Shown: positions 1 through 12,832 of the stretch, one piece after another
How positions within the stretch are numbered: the stretch's first letter is position 1
Layout: each line of letters starts with the position of its first letter
Position numbers and translations under genes: made by a program
The notes under the pieces: model-generated
Databases searched by the model: none
The model's input: the letters and a program-made list of their open reading frames with translations, nothing else
What the model was told of the DNA's origin: nothing
From: Camelus ferus
Taxonomy: Eukaryota
Length of the DNA stretch: 64,000 nt
Direction of reading: 5' to 3'
Assembly (NCBI RefSeq): GCF_009834535.1
Contig: NC_045697.1
Span: 3,908,001-3,972,000, forward strand

Positions 1-490
1 ACTAGAAGTCTGAGCTTTCGAGTCAGGTGGCCCTGCATCTGGTCCTACTCTGCTGCTTAGTAACGGTGTAAGTGCCCTCTGAGAGCTGCAGTTTTCTGCA
101 TCACTGAAGCAGAGCTTAAAAAATGTTCCCTCCCTCATGGGACCCTATGGAAGTCAAGTGCAGCAGAGAACAGGGAGCAGGGAGTAGCCGGCGGGGTGGG
201 CAGGTGCCTGGTGGGTACTGGCTGCTCCATGTCAATCAGCAGAGCGGTTGTAGTTTCTTAATTTCTATTTCTCACCAGCCAATATCACAGCCCAACACTT
301 TGTTCTCCAGATGGAGAAACTGAGGCCCAAGGAGGAGAGGGTTACAGGGTAAAGGGAGTCAAGACATCCTTTTCCTCTCCCACCGGGGACCCACCATGGC
401 TGGGCACAGCCTTACAACAGGTAATGTCTAATAAGACCCCTTCTGTGCTGTGACCCACCCTCCCCTCCACAGCAAAAAGTGAAGTTTCTC

Positions 491-895
491 CATGGAGAGT
501 TCCTCTCTAAATAGAAAAGAAGCAAGAATCTACCGAAAAAAAGCAAATCTCAATTGGAAATGTGATAACTACAATGAACAGCAAAAGAATAATACACATG
601 AAGACGTAAAAGAGGACATGTGAATTGTAAAATGTGGGGAGAGGAGCTAAGAAAATGTAGATTATTTTTGTCTTATTTTTTCGAATGTGTTTGAGCCTTT
701 ACGATTACCAGTATAAAATAAACAAGGTCATACTGTACAGCACAGGGAATTGTATTCAATAGCTTGGAGTAACCCATAATGAAAAAGAATCTATATACAC
801 ACATATATGCATCACTGAATCACGATGCTGTACACCAGAGACTAAAACAACATTGTAAACTTCAATGAAAGAAAGAAAGAGAAAAAGAAAGAGAG
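491..895 (+). mobile_element. TSD-flanked L1 derivative: ORF1-end/inter-ORF-like segment fused to an L1 3' UTR and a purine-rich tail
   Basis: TSD aaaagtgaagtttctc (475-490) / aaaatgaagtttctc (896-910). L1 3' UTR motifs include tactgtacagcacagggaa, atgctgtacaccaga and aacattgtaaa. GAAA-rich tail at 866-895. Confidence 0.75.
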
Positions 896-1389
896 AAAAT
901 GAAGTTTCTCAAGGGTGCTGCTTCTCCTGGAAGCCTGCCCATCTGTCTGAGACAGTGGGTAAATCATTTGCTTTTGTGTAAATGACAGTGGTTCCAGAGC
1001 TCCAGTTAGGAAGACTGGAGCATCCAGGGAGGGGGGGCTGCCCCTCTAGTGGGAGGTATTAGGACATCATCCTGGTGTGAGGAGGTGCTTACTGTGACCT
1101 TCCATGAGAAGGGCTGCATGTAAGATCAAACAAGGAATGACACTGACAATGATTAAAAATGCCCACAGAAGTTAGCTTGTAGTGGGATTTTACCATATGT
1201 GCTTTGTGATTTTTGTTAATTTTCCAAATTTCTACAATCATCTTATCTTGATAAGCAGATAAAAGATTCTTTACTAAAATAAGTGGTGCAGGGGAGCAGA
1301 ATGACAGGTGTGCAGGAAGGTCACATTCACCATTCACACACCCTCCCGACAGCCACCCTCAGTGCAAGGGGCACGTGCGAGGGGCTGGG

Positions 1390-1810
1390 CTTGTGGGGGA
1401 CAGATGCCAGCTCAGCGCCAGTCTTCGAGAAGCCTGTGGTTTTAGGGGGAAGGAAGACAGTGATCAGTGACACAAAGTAAAGGTTCCACAACTGTGACAT
1501 GTGTCACAAAAACATGCCCTGGGGTGGGAGGAGTTGACCTGATCTGGAAGGCTGAGACCTGAAGGCTGATGGGAGTTAGTTAGGGGAAGGGGGCAGGAAA
1601 GAGCGCCCAGCAGCCAAAATGGCATGTGCGAAGGCCCTGTGGTGTGGGGAAGACCCACTGGCAAGGCTGGAGCCGAGACTGGGGTAAAAGTGAGGGGATG
1701 AGATCAGATTTGCATTTTGCAAAGATCGTACTGTCTGCAGTGCCAAGGATGGCTTGGTGCCTTGAAAATAGCTTTGAGAGGCCAGGAGGAAGCCATTTAT
1801 GAAGTTAAAC
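1390..1810 (-). mobile_element. L2 LINE fragment
   Basis: L2-like motifs (gctgagacctgaagg; ggcatgtgcgaaggccctgtggtg; gatcagatttgcatttt). Boundaries approximate. Confidence 0.55.
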
Positions 1811-2329
1811 CACATCCCCAGGGATGTATGCAGGCATAGGCAAAGGAGGGTCCAGTGGCAAGAGGAAGTCTGCGCAGATCTGTGGAGACTGCAGATGCTG
1901 CTCCCCAGGCACCCAGGTGCCTGGTAGGCGGCCTGGGGTCCAAAAAGGCAGAAGGCTCCCTCCTCTCCATGACTTCAGCCCCCAGCAAGGCTTCAGGCAA
2001 CTGGTGGAGGGGGCATGGACCCTGATTTTACACTGCATCCTAAAGCAGCAGTATTTTTACTTGAAAGTGCTGATGGTGGACCCTCCTAGTCCAGACAGTG
2101 CGAGTTCAGCGGTCCACTCCTCGAGGAGACAGGATGCTCTGTGTGGGAGGCCAGCGCTCCCTGGACATGCAGAACCACCGGAACTTCTGTCTCTGCCTCC
2201 TGCCCTGGGCCCGGCAGAGAGGCAGAGAGGGAGCCCCCATGTCTGCTGCTACTCCTTCTTCGGATCCAGCCGGACTCTTCAGAATTAGGTTCCACTGCAG
2301 ACCAAAACGCCAACTCTTTCCACGTTGAA

Positions 2330-2830
2330 CTTATTTTTAAAAATCTTGAGAGCCATTTTTATTGCGGAAAATTTCAAACATATGCAAAGTAGGCTGAACA
2401 GAATGATGAACCCCCACGTGCCCATCTCTACCCTGATTCACCGTCTCCTCTTCTTACTCCCTCCCCGCATTCTTGTTTTTTTCCTGGATGCACTGAGTGT
2501 GTATCTCAGACACATGAGATCCCATGTTTCACACACATCTCTAGTAGAAAGTCTTTTTTTTTTTGAGGCATAATCATAACTGTCAGGTACCTAATAAAGT
2601 TAACAGTAATTCCTCAATATTTCACACTTCCCTGGTTATCTTTAAAAATGCCTTTTTATAGTTTGTTAATCAGGTCCCAAAGGTGACACACTGCACTTGG
2701 TAGACGGGTCTCTTTTAATCTGAAGTAGTTCTCCCTTGGTTGATTGGTTGGTTGGTTTTTCCTAGGTCATGTATTTGTTGATGACACTGGGTTGTTTGTC
2801 TCATAGAATTTTGACACCAAAGTCAGATTC
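2330..2830 (-). mobile_element. Ancient L1 (L1MC/ME-like) 3' fragment
   Basis: AT-rich island with aaaatttcaaacatatgcaaagtag...aatgatgaacccccacgtgcccat, typical of old L1M 3' ends in antisense. Confidence 0.5.
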
Positions 2831-5800
2831 TGATGAACTAACAGGAGGTTTCTGGTATAGCGTGACCAGTTGACTCTGGTGGGCACTAATGAAGGAATTA
2901 GCACCCGTCCAGCACCCATCTGTGCAGGCACGTTATTCCTTTTAATCCCAGAAAGTGGGTTTCAACTTTCCAATTTTTCATCTGAGAAAACTGAGGCTGA
3001 GAGAGGGTGAATGGCCACACTGAGGGGGTCAGGACTCATTAAGAGCCAGGGAGTCTGGCCCCACCCCAGGTTCTTCCCACTGCCCCACACAGTGCCCTCC
3101 CTCTGGCAGGGAGACGGTTGGCCCCAGAAGGGGAGGTGGAAACCTCCACCGCACACTCTGCTGGGCCTCCCGGTCCCAGCGAGGCCGTGCCCCGGCACTG
3201 GTTCATTGCCAACAAGGAAACGTTGTCAGTAGCCCCTCTGCAGAGTCATTGGGTAGAAACAGACCATCATATGTTTCTTCCAGATGAATGTGTAGCTCAT
3301 TCCCCAGGAAGGGCCGCATGCATGCCTCCTTCCTCCCCCTGCCCTGCCCAGGGACACCACGTGGTCATGGCAAGGCCGCCCAGATGTTCAGGGCAGAGGT
3401 GGGCCTCCACACCCTGCCCTCCAAGCCTGCCGACTTCTGAGGTCCCTGAGCAGGGTGGGGCTAGGGACTGTCAGGCAGGGAAATGTGGGGGTAAGACAAG
3501 GAAGAGCCTTCTAACGAAGAGGAGCTTCACCCCTCTCCTTCAAACTGCAGGTTTCCGATGGTTGGCGCTCAGGCGGGCTGGAGAGACCCTCTGAAGTTTA
3601 TCTAGCAGGGATGAAAGAGGAAACTGACATCTCCGTCGCCAGAACTAGGGCCGAGGAAGGCTCGCCAACTTAGAAAGAGAAAATGTATGACCAGCATCAG
3701 ATTTAGGGCCTGGCATGTAGTAGGCTCTCGATGCACGTTTGTTGAATGAGTGCATGAATGTTTCTAAACCCTAGTTCTACAATCAAGGCCCAGAGACGGT
3801 TTTTTTCCCCACTAATTAGTAGCTTAAGACCAACATGGAGACACACTGGCCCCAAAAGATCCCAGCCTGCTGTCCCCATTTCCGCGTGACAACTCAGGAA
3901 GGTCTGGGCGTAGGCAACAAGGCTCCACTGCTCAGCAGCCTCACCCAGGTAACAAAGCGCCCTCCCAGCATGATGCTGCGGAGCCTGGGAGAAGAGGTTT
4001 TGAGTGGCCCTGAATTCAGTGGGAGGACATCACCCAGAGTCTCAGGCCTCTCCACTTCCTCCCCAGCTCGGGAAGGGGAGGCTCAGGTGGGAGGAAGGTG
4101 TGGGGGTGGGGGTGAGGAGCCCAGAAGGACCGTCTGAGAGCCTACAAATACCTGCTTTTAGAAGAGAGGCCAGGCTCCCCCAGCAGCCCCGGTAGGGCCT
4201 TACTTGGGGTGGGGGGAGGGGTTTGCAGCGGGACTGAATGCCGGGTAAATTTAGGCTCCCAAGGCTGGGGCATTGAGACAGGCACAGGTGAGTGTGGGGG
4301 GTAGGGGGTGGTGACCAACACAGTGCAGCGCTATTGCTAAGTGCCAGGGTCTGCCACTGTGAGTTTGTCACCTGGAAGTGTCCCTGGCCTCCCCGAGCAG
4401 TTTCGGGGTCTGTGATCACCACGGGCTGGACTGATGCCGAGCACAGGCAAGCCCCCAGCACGTCAGGCAGCCCAGTGGGGAAGCCGGCTCCTGCGACCAT
4501 GCGCTTGTGGCTTGCGGGGTGTGGAGGTGGCCGTGGTCATGGGTGACACGTGAGACCAGCAGGAATCGTGTCTTGAGCAGGACGTCAGGAGGTGCCCCTG
4601 GCCAGGCTCCCAGAACCCGTGTGCCTGTAGTTGGTTCGGGTCCCTCCCAGGCCCTTCCCTCTGCCCAGCGGTCTGATAGGGGAGGGGCAGGGCCTGGGGG
4701 TGTGAAGGTGGACAGCCGACCTGGGAGTGACAGCAGATCCCCACTCGCTGGCTGGCGGTGCCCCCGGCCCGGCCTCCCGGGCTTTCAGAGAGCGGGGATG
4801 ACACCCCCGGGTGCTGCGAGGGCCCCGGGGGGGTGGGCACGGGGTGGAGGCAGCTGGGTCAGAGCAGGGGCCCCTGGTGTGGGCAGCCTGCCCTGGCCTC
4901 CTCCACGGCCCCCAGGACACTGAGCCGCGTGGGAACAGACAAGCACCTGGGAGGGGAGGGCGAGGTGCGCTCAGACCGGTGGTGGCAACTCTACCTGCCT
5001 GTCCCTAGTTGGCCTGGCCTGGCCCTGGGAGGGCCCCAGTGGTGACCTTGTTCCAGTCAGGAAGAGAGCGACTGGCTCAGGGTCACAGCACTGGCCACAG
5101 GCACTTGGCACCTTCTCAGGTGCATAAGAAGAAAGGGGGAGGAATGGCCCCCGCTCTTAGCAGGCCGGCCGCCTTGCTTCAAGAGGCTCAGCGTCCAGCG
5201 CGCTTACCCCTCCTCAGTCTGGAAGCTGAGGGCCAACGTCCTCATCTGTGACTGCAGGCTGGGGCTCTGGGAAGCCAGGGCCTGTTGGGGTGGCAGGCCA
5301 GAGGGTAGGGCCTATTTTGTTCCCCCCTCAAACAGGCCTCCCCAGCTCTGGGGCCCTGAGTGGTCCCCTGGACTGTGACATGAAGTGGCTGGCCCAGTGC
5401 CTGAGCTGCAGTAGGCCGCGTGCCTGCACCCCGCGCCGCCCCGGAAGACCAGTGGCAGCCAGGCCCCAGGAGCCCCTTTGCCGCAGGGCCAGGGCCGTCC
5501 TGCCACCTTGGCTCGGCTCCGGTGGGCGTACTGGGTTCTGCTGCTGCGCTGGCCCCACCGGGAGGGATGCTGTGATGTCACGTTAGGGTGAGAGGGTAGG
5601 GGTGAGCCAGCCATGTGACCATGGTCAGCACCCAGCTGTGCAGGCCTCTGCAGGGCCTGACACAGAGGCAAGGGCTTTGCTGCCCTGGGTGGAGGGGTGG
5701 GAGGGGAGAGGAGGAAGCCAGGGGCAGCCTGCAGGAGGGCAGGGCTGAGTCTCACCGGCTCGCTCCCTAGCGCCTGGGCGGCTGCAGTTTCGCCTTCACA

Positions 5801-5984
5801 AGCAACCCGCTGTGATCTCCGCTTACATGTGAGGACACTGAGGCGTGGACACTCACCAGGCATCCTCACTCAGTCTGGACCCCTTACAATTATATACTTC
5901 ATGGGGATTAGAAAAAGATTGCTTGGCATAAGCAGCTGCCCACCACTCCTTCTTACAGTGGGGCTTTGGCAAGATGGAAGTTTG

Positions 5985-6135
5985 GGAGTGTCAAATGGGC
6001 TTTGTGGTCAGTGTCCGGTTTGAATCCTGGCCTCCCCATCCACTAAGTGTGAGACCTCAGCACGAAATTAACCTCTCACTGTGCCTCAGTTTTCTCGTCT
6101 GTAAAATGGGGCAATTGTATCTACTCCCTAACACT
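5985..6135 (+). mobile_element. MIR SINE
   Basis: MIR core gtgcctcagttttctcgtctgtaaaatgggg, preceded by ggtttgaatcctggc. Confidence 0.7.
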
Positions 6136-8219
6136 GAATATTGCCGAGAAGAAAAGAATGCCAGGCACAGAGTGAGCCCCCGGTGTTCGCTGTCACCATT
6201 CCCGGCACAACGTCGCCACCACCCACGTCAGCTGCAGCTGTCATCACCAGGTTGCTAGTTTGGTAAAGTGAGGAAACTGGCTCCGAAACGCTATTCACTA
6301 CCTGTCAGTGATGCAAGGCCAGCAGCAGGTCTCTGAAGCAGAAGCTCCCGTCCTGTCTTCATGCCTGCAGCAGCCCAGCCTGAGAGGCCACTTGCCCAGC
6401 TGCTTTCGAGAGAAGCTGGGGCCAGGCCTCTTTCTGTTCCTGGACTGTGTGCAGGCGCAGCGGCAGCCTGAGCACTTTTGATATTTCACTTAAACACAGG
6501 CCTTTACACCCCTCCGTCCTCAGGGAAGCACTTAGCTGTGCCATCACAGCTCCAGGTGACCAGCCACCGTGCACAGAGCAACCCCACTGAACAGTACCTC
6601 AGCCCCCAACCCTGCTCTTGCGGGTGGGCGTGCTTGTGAAGTAATTACGCTCTCAGGCATTTAAAGAGCCACAGCGGAGAGTGGGACAAAGGGTTGTCAT
6701 GGCCACAAGGCACCCGCCCGTGCGGCGAGGTAGCGGACAGGCGGTCCAGGGCACAGTGAAGCAGGCGCCCGAGCACACACCTGCGGAGACCTCCTGTCGC
6801 ACCCAGACAAGGGGCCACCCTGCTGCACCAACAGCCCCCAGTCCTGCCTCAGGCGCCTCCGGGGAGGCAGCTGGCCACCTGTGCCAACTTGCCCCCCAGC
6901 TGGGCACTGCCACCAAACCACGGAAGATGTAGCTCCTGCCATTTCAGCCAGTGGTGACAGTAGACGCATCCTGGAACGGCTTGCCCACTGGCTGGTCACA
7001 GGCCAGCACTGGGAGGCTCAGCAGGTGCAAGGCACCTCTTCGAGCTTTCTGCCCTGGGGTTCCACCCTGAGAGCCCCATGCGGATGTCACCTCAACTCCG
7101 GTTGGGTAAGGACTTCATAGCAAATGCTGTTGAGGGGGCTGGCCAGCGGCCGGGGAAAGTGAGGCTGACTCCTTCAGCTCAGTCCTTGTCCACGGAACGT
7201 CCGGTGCAGAGACGCACTCTACGTAACAGGGGAGGCCGTTTCTCTACTCTCAGGATGGAGTGAGCATTTAGAAACATGCTTACACATCCCAGAAACCATA
7301 AAGAAGTAAGTGGGTAGAACACAGTTCAAACCCTCCTGTAGAAAACTCACCTCCCCTCAACTCTGACGAAAGGCACGTAAGTGCTCACTTACGGGTGGTG
7401 AGAAAAAGGACGTTCAACCTCAAGCTCAGGTCGAACCGGCCTCGTGTCTGCATGATGCTGGGGACACTGTGACGCGCAGCAGGCGGCGTCCCACAGGCTG
7501 GAGCCGCCCTTCTGGATCGTACGAGACCCAGGTGTAAGGATGTCTGCAGAAACGCCACTCGGGATACTGAACAAGCATGAAACGAATAGTCTAAATGTGG
7601 CCCGCGAGGAACCTGTTAAATCTGTATAATGGAATATGCTAAAAAATCATGTAGATCGTTACTAACGTAAAAGATGTCTGAGTAAAAGCCTATTTCTGAA
7701 GCTACACAAGAGCGAGTACACTGCAACCCTTTAATATCCATTTCTCTCTCCATTCACGTATACACTCAGCTGTCTAGAAGGGTGTTCTGTACAAACGTCA
7801 GAAGCCGCCACCTTAGGGTGAGGGAGGGACTGATGGAGTTCCCTTTACACTCTTTAATACCACGCTGATTTCTTTCTTACAATGTACATTGATCATGTCA
7901 ACATAAATACACAGATTTTTTCCCCCAGAACAAAAAAACTAAGCTTTGTCTATCACCCAGGGACAAAAATGTTGTGTTCCTTGCAAGATTCAGGTGGTGG
8001 TTCGTGGGGCAGGGAGAGGTGGACTCGTGTCTCAGCAGGCCCCTCCACTGTCCCCTCCAGCACAGGGCATGCTAGCGCTCCCAGCACCACCTGTAAGAGG
8101 CACTAAACAGCCCCCACCCGGAGTGGTGTGACGCAGGCATGTTCTCTCCTCTGCGGACACGTAATTGAAAGGAGGCTGGGGTTCTTTACAAAAGAACCTT
8201 TGCTGTGATAAATGAAGAC

Positions 8220-10499
8220 AACCACTTGCTTTTTAAATTTTTATTTGGTGTTAACTCCACAAGAAAACAAAAAAAATCAGTTACTCTGGTGTACGTGAAA
8301 TCAGAACAATACAACCACGGGGAAAAAAAATCTCAGCCCAGGAATGGAAAACTGATGCTTCAGTGCTACGGATATGCAATGCGCTTCATACCACAGTGCG
8401 TTTCAGCGTTTTGCCAACTTTTTCAAAAATGCTTTTCTTTGTAATCATCCATTAACAAAACTAAAAACCGCACGTTCACCTCTGTCGCTGAAAGCCTCTG
8501 GGCTTCAGCCACTCAGCTACGAAAACAAATAAATACATAATCTGTTACCCACCTTGCCCATTTATACTCCATTCCCATTCCCCCGTGGAAGGTGCAAGGT
8601 CTTCCCACCAGCGGGGAAGGAAGTCTGCACCCTGACCACCTGGAGCCCTTTCCTGATAAAAAGCAGCTGTCCAAAACCAACCGAGCTCAAGGTTGTGTCT
8701 GAAATATATGTATTTGGTCTCTGCTACATAAGTAACGATTTCTAAAATGATCGTCACCGTAGTGATTTTAGGAATTTACAACTTCCAACTCTTTTTTGCC
8801 TTTGCTGTTAAATTATATTTCAGTGCAGATGCTAATCAATTTTTAGGAAGCTCTGGAGAAAGAAAAATACATAAAACCTTATAAAGTCTGTAAATAAATA
8901 ACAGCAACATAAAACCTTACACACGCACACACACAAATCCACTTTAAAGTGTCAAAGACGTGCTGTAAAAAAAAAACCACCCGACCTGCGGCGTGCCCGA
9001 GCCCAACGGCCCCACGGGCCCCACAGCGAGGCCCTCACAGCCCTGGAGGGAGCTCTCTGTGTCGTCAGGTAAGAGAAAAGCAACAAAACCCAATGCTTGA
9101 AGCAAATCGCGCTTCTCAGCCAGTTCTGCTCCCGGCTACTACATTCTGTGCTTACTGCCTGCCAACGTTAGCGGTGAAGCCGGCTCGTCTGTGGCAGACT
9201 TCTCTGCCGCTCCTGATGCCGCAGACATGCTAAACTGATTCCACACATTTTTTTTTTAAACAATGAGTTGGTTAAAAAAAGAAAACAACTTTGAATGTTT
9301 AGGTTTTGCAACTATTGCTCCTTCTAACTCCAACCTGTTGCACAGAGGTGTAAAAGCTCAAGGAGGTGATCGTCACAATGGACAGGACTGGACGAGACGG
9401 ACCGACCCCCGGGATTCCCCAGTGCAGCGGGGAGGCGGGTCCCATGAAGCAGTCACACAGGTATGGGAGAAATCAGTACTCTGCCCCCTGACCCACCACA
9501 CACTGAACTTGCTCGAACATTCTCTCAAACACAGAATGAGATCTAAGCTACACTAAGTCACAGCCACAAGAGCAGCTAGCTGTCGCAGCCAAGGTTTCTT
9601 TGGGGTGATGAGGCGGCCTTTATTGCATGCCAAACATTTACAATTTCAAGTTCTGGGGGCTTCAATTCAATGTTGGTCACCAGAAAAACCATAATTTGCA
9701 ATTAAGGTCCTCACCAAGTTTTGTTAAGACTCACCACGAATAACCCTGAACAGTGTTTTGGTGTAAGTGTAACTTTCACATAAGAACAGGGTGGGGTGCA
9801 CTCGCACCCCACGTGGCCCCATGTGCCAGCCCATACGCCAACTCCTTGGCTGCTTCAGGTAGCCAGAAAGTCACAAACCATGGTATTTTCCATGATATTC
9901 TAGAGGGAAATCCTAAGAGAGAAAACACAGTATTTTGTAAGTCTCTAAAAGCACACCCTCGTGGTTTCTATTCCAAATGTACAGGAGATTTTACTGAATG
10001 AAGACGGGGACGAGTCCCCGTGCTGCCCTTTCGCCTTCCGAAAGGCACTGATCCACTGCAGGGTAAGTATTCACATCCCAGTTCTTAGAGGACAAAGCCT
10101 AAATGTCCCAAAGCTCAAGTCTCTGAATAGCAGAAGTGGTTGCTGACACTGCGATGCTAAGAAGGTAACAGTGATGTGGCTGCAGCTGGAAGGGAAGGAG
10201 CTGCAGCTGAGATGCAAGAGGCAGCGGCACTTAAGACGAGCACATGCACACCCATTCTTGGTTTGACAACACAATCTAGTCTATTTCAAATAGCCAAGAA
10301 TTTAACAGCTTGGAAAAAAAATCTTCAACAGGATAGCTGTCCTCAACTCTAAAAGAAGCAAGAAGAGAAAGCTAATTACTGATCTGAGCCAGTTAAGTGA
10401 AGAAGAAACCTAAGTTGTTGTTTAGATTAACAGGCCTCACAAAAGGGAAATTACCCCTCACATAGCGATTTTAAAAATAATTTGTACTACTCTGCAGGT
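8220..10499 (-). other. KIAA0232: KIAA0232 3' UTR (about 2.3 kb)
   Basis: Follows the stop codon, has no recognisable repeats, carries U-rich and AU-rich tracts on the minus strand, and ends near the AATAAA. The 3' end is approximate. Confidence 0.7.
8240..8245 (-). terminator. Polyadenylation signal AATAAA
   Basis: tttatt on + at 8240-8245, with a U-rich tract upstream (TTTTTTTTGTTTTCTTG) and a GU/U-rich element downstream (GTGGTTGTCTTCATTT) on the minus strand. Confidence 0.7.
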
Positions 10500-10679
10500 T
10501 TAGAGATGAGTTCGAGAAAAGAGGTCCTCTTCGCTGGGGTCCACCCACTCGCCTCCGCCTTCCGAGCCCGTGTCCTCCGAGTTGGAGCTGGCGCTGGAGT
10601 ACATCTTTCTGCGGAAGCCGTTTGATTTTGCTCCAGAATTTCTCTCTCCTGTACACCTTGCTTCATAAACAGAAGACAC
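10500..10679 (-). CDS. KIAA0232: KIAA0232 last coding exon (180 nt including TAA; VSSVYEARCTGERNSG...EEDLFSRTHL*)
   Basis: Acceptor ttcttaatcttag|GTG; TAA at 10502-10500. The summed CDS is 4188 nt = 1395 aa. Confidence 0.95.
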   Translation of the reverse strand: MSSVYEARCTGERNSGAKSNGFRRKMYSSASSNSEDTGSEGGGEWVDPSEEDLFSRTHL

Positions 10680-11566
10680 CTAAGATTAAGAATAATTTTC
10701 AACATATCAAAAGTCAGATAATTTTCCAGAAGGGCTGTGCAAGATACTCTTTTACATACAGAGATTAAGTAGCAAATTGCTGACGTTTTCCTGTGGAGAG
10801 TTACAAAAATATGAAGATCTTCCTGTTTCAAAGCAAAACAAACAAGCTTTTCTCCCTGATCCATAAAGGATCCCAAACCCTGATCCTTTGTGTTCAGCCC
10901 CTTGGACAGAACGTCAGCTACATCAGGGCTGGACGGAGACAAGTTTCTGAGCACCCACCAGAGGCCAGGCTGCAGCTGGCACGACCTCCACTGAGAGGAT
11001 GACTGCCCGCCGGGGGCTCCCATTCTGAGGGAGACGACGGGGGAAAACGACAAGCAAGCCAAGGGCACACATCATCCCGCTGCCAGACGAGCTGGGGGCA
11101 TGGCAGACACACAAGAGAGGCTAGGGAGGTGGCTCTTCTGAGGAGAGGTCCCCTCGCCAGAACAGCCAGAGCTGGCCTGGGACCTGGGGCTGTGCCTCTG
11201 AACTGGGGGCCTGTCAGTCTCTGCTACCTTCCAGGGAAACTTCTGGTTGGGCGGGACTGTAGCCCACACACCAGATGGTCAGCATCCCTGGCCCCAGGAC
11301 GCGAAATGCAAGCGGCAGTCCTGCCCCAGTCATAACACCTAGTAATGCTTCTCTCTCCCTCGGAGTGACTAGCACGTCTGCCCCCACCCCACCCCCGTCA
11401 TAGTGAGCAGCACCCCCACTTACAGCAACTAGCAACACTGCCAGGTCACAGTGGCTAGCTAGCTACATCCCCCGAGCGGAGTAACCAGCACTGATCCCAT
11501 TTCCACGTGGTAGCACCGTCCCTGGCTGAGCCCCAGGAAGGAGCACAGAAAGACAGGTGCGCTACT

Positions 11567-11580
11567 GGGGGGGGGGGGGG
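11567..11580. repeat. G14 homopolymer
   Basis: 14 consecutive G. Confidence 0.9.
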
Positions 11581-12734
11581 AGGTACAATGGCGGAAGGAC
11601 AGCAAAGCCAGGGGTGGGAGCAGAATTGGTGCCCAGCTCAGGTCTGCACTTGGTTCTGAGTCTTCATGGGCCTTTAGCTTTCTCTTCTGCAGAATGGAGG
11701 TGACAGCCCCTACCTCCTGGGGTGGCTGTGAGACTAGATGAGGCAATGCCTGGGAGGTCATCTGCCTTGTGGTGCAGGGAGAAGACCGGGGAGGGACAAG
11801 TGGCCACAGGAGACCCAGGAAAAGCCAGGGCAACCGTGTGGAGGGGGAGGTGGTGCCAGGGAGCAATGGAGGTGGGAGAAGTGGAGGATTTGGGATGGTC
11901 AAGGGGTGGTCAGGATGATGGGCAGACAGACTGTGTGTGGAAGGTGAGAACAAGAGGAACAAAGAATGAGTTCTAGGCACAGGGGCTGAAGCTGGAAGGT
12001 GGAACAGGGCACTAGTCACGAGATGGGAAGACTGGCTGGGGAGGCCCCACACATCTGCCTCGACGGGTTACGTCTGACAGGTCCGTGGACACCAGCAGCA
12101 CAGGATGCTGTGGGAGAAGTTCCTCCCAGGACTCCAGCTGACACTGACAATCACACTGAGAAGAAAAAGACGTTTCCTTAGGTTCGTTCACCTGCCTGCC
12201 TAACTGGGCGAGGTCTGGGCCTAGACTAACCAGGCACAGGCCCTGCACCTCCCTCAGGGAGCTCACAGGCCTGGGGCGGGAGTGGGGATGCTGGGCCTGA
12301 GTGCAGCCAGATGCCACGGGGCCACGACCAGAGCTCTGCTCCGGGAGCAGCAGGGGGCACGAGGGGCTGGGTCTGTCCCACGGAGGCCGGGAGAGGCAGG
12401 AGTCGGCGCACCAGAGGGCTCCCTCGTGGTGTGTTCTGAAAGATGAAAAGGGTGCCCACCTAAGGATTTTAGGGGTAGTGACAGGCTCAGATGTGCACTG
12501 AGAAGCTCCCTCTGGCAGCAGTGTGATGGACTGGAAGGGGAGAGGGACATGACCTGGGAAGCCTTGGCAGTAGGAGGTGACGCAGACCTGAGCACAGGGC
12601 CGCACAGGAGAGGGCCCGTCCACAGAGCGTGGTGATGGGGAGGGGCAGTCACAGGACTCCCAGGTCTCAGCCTGAGTGACAAGGGGGGGTGGCCATTTAT
12701 AAGTTAGTAATAAGGAGGAGGACAGTCCACTTAC

Positions 12735-12832
12735 CCTATTAAAATCTAACAGACGCTCTTCATTACTGGGTATTTCTTTAACATCTGGATATTCTTCTAT
12801 ACCATTCTCTCCCTTGGCATTTGTATAACATT
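12735..12832 (-). CDS. KIAA0232: KIAA0232 coding exon 7 (98 nt; ECYTNAKGENGIEEYPDVKEIPSNEERLLDFNR)
   Basis: Acceptor is a long pyrimidine tract followed by attaag|AA; donor AGG|gtaagt; phase 1/0. Confidence 0.94.

Noticed and set aside
1037..1053. CTCF-like motif (minus strand CCACTAGAGGGGCAG)
   Set aside because: It mismatches a conserved core position, and a single motif cannot be supported without ChIP or conservation data.
1800..7300. Many 100-190 aa ORFs in the GC-rich left region
   Set aside because: Pro/Gly/Ala/Arg-rich translations in all six frames are expected from high GC; no homology or exon structure is evident.
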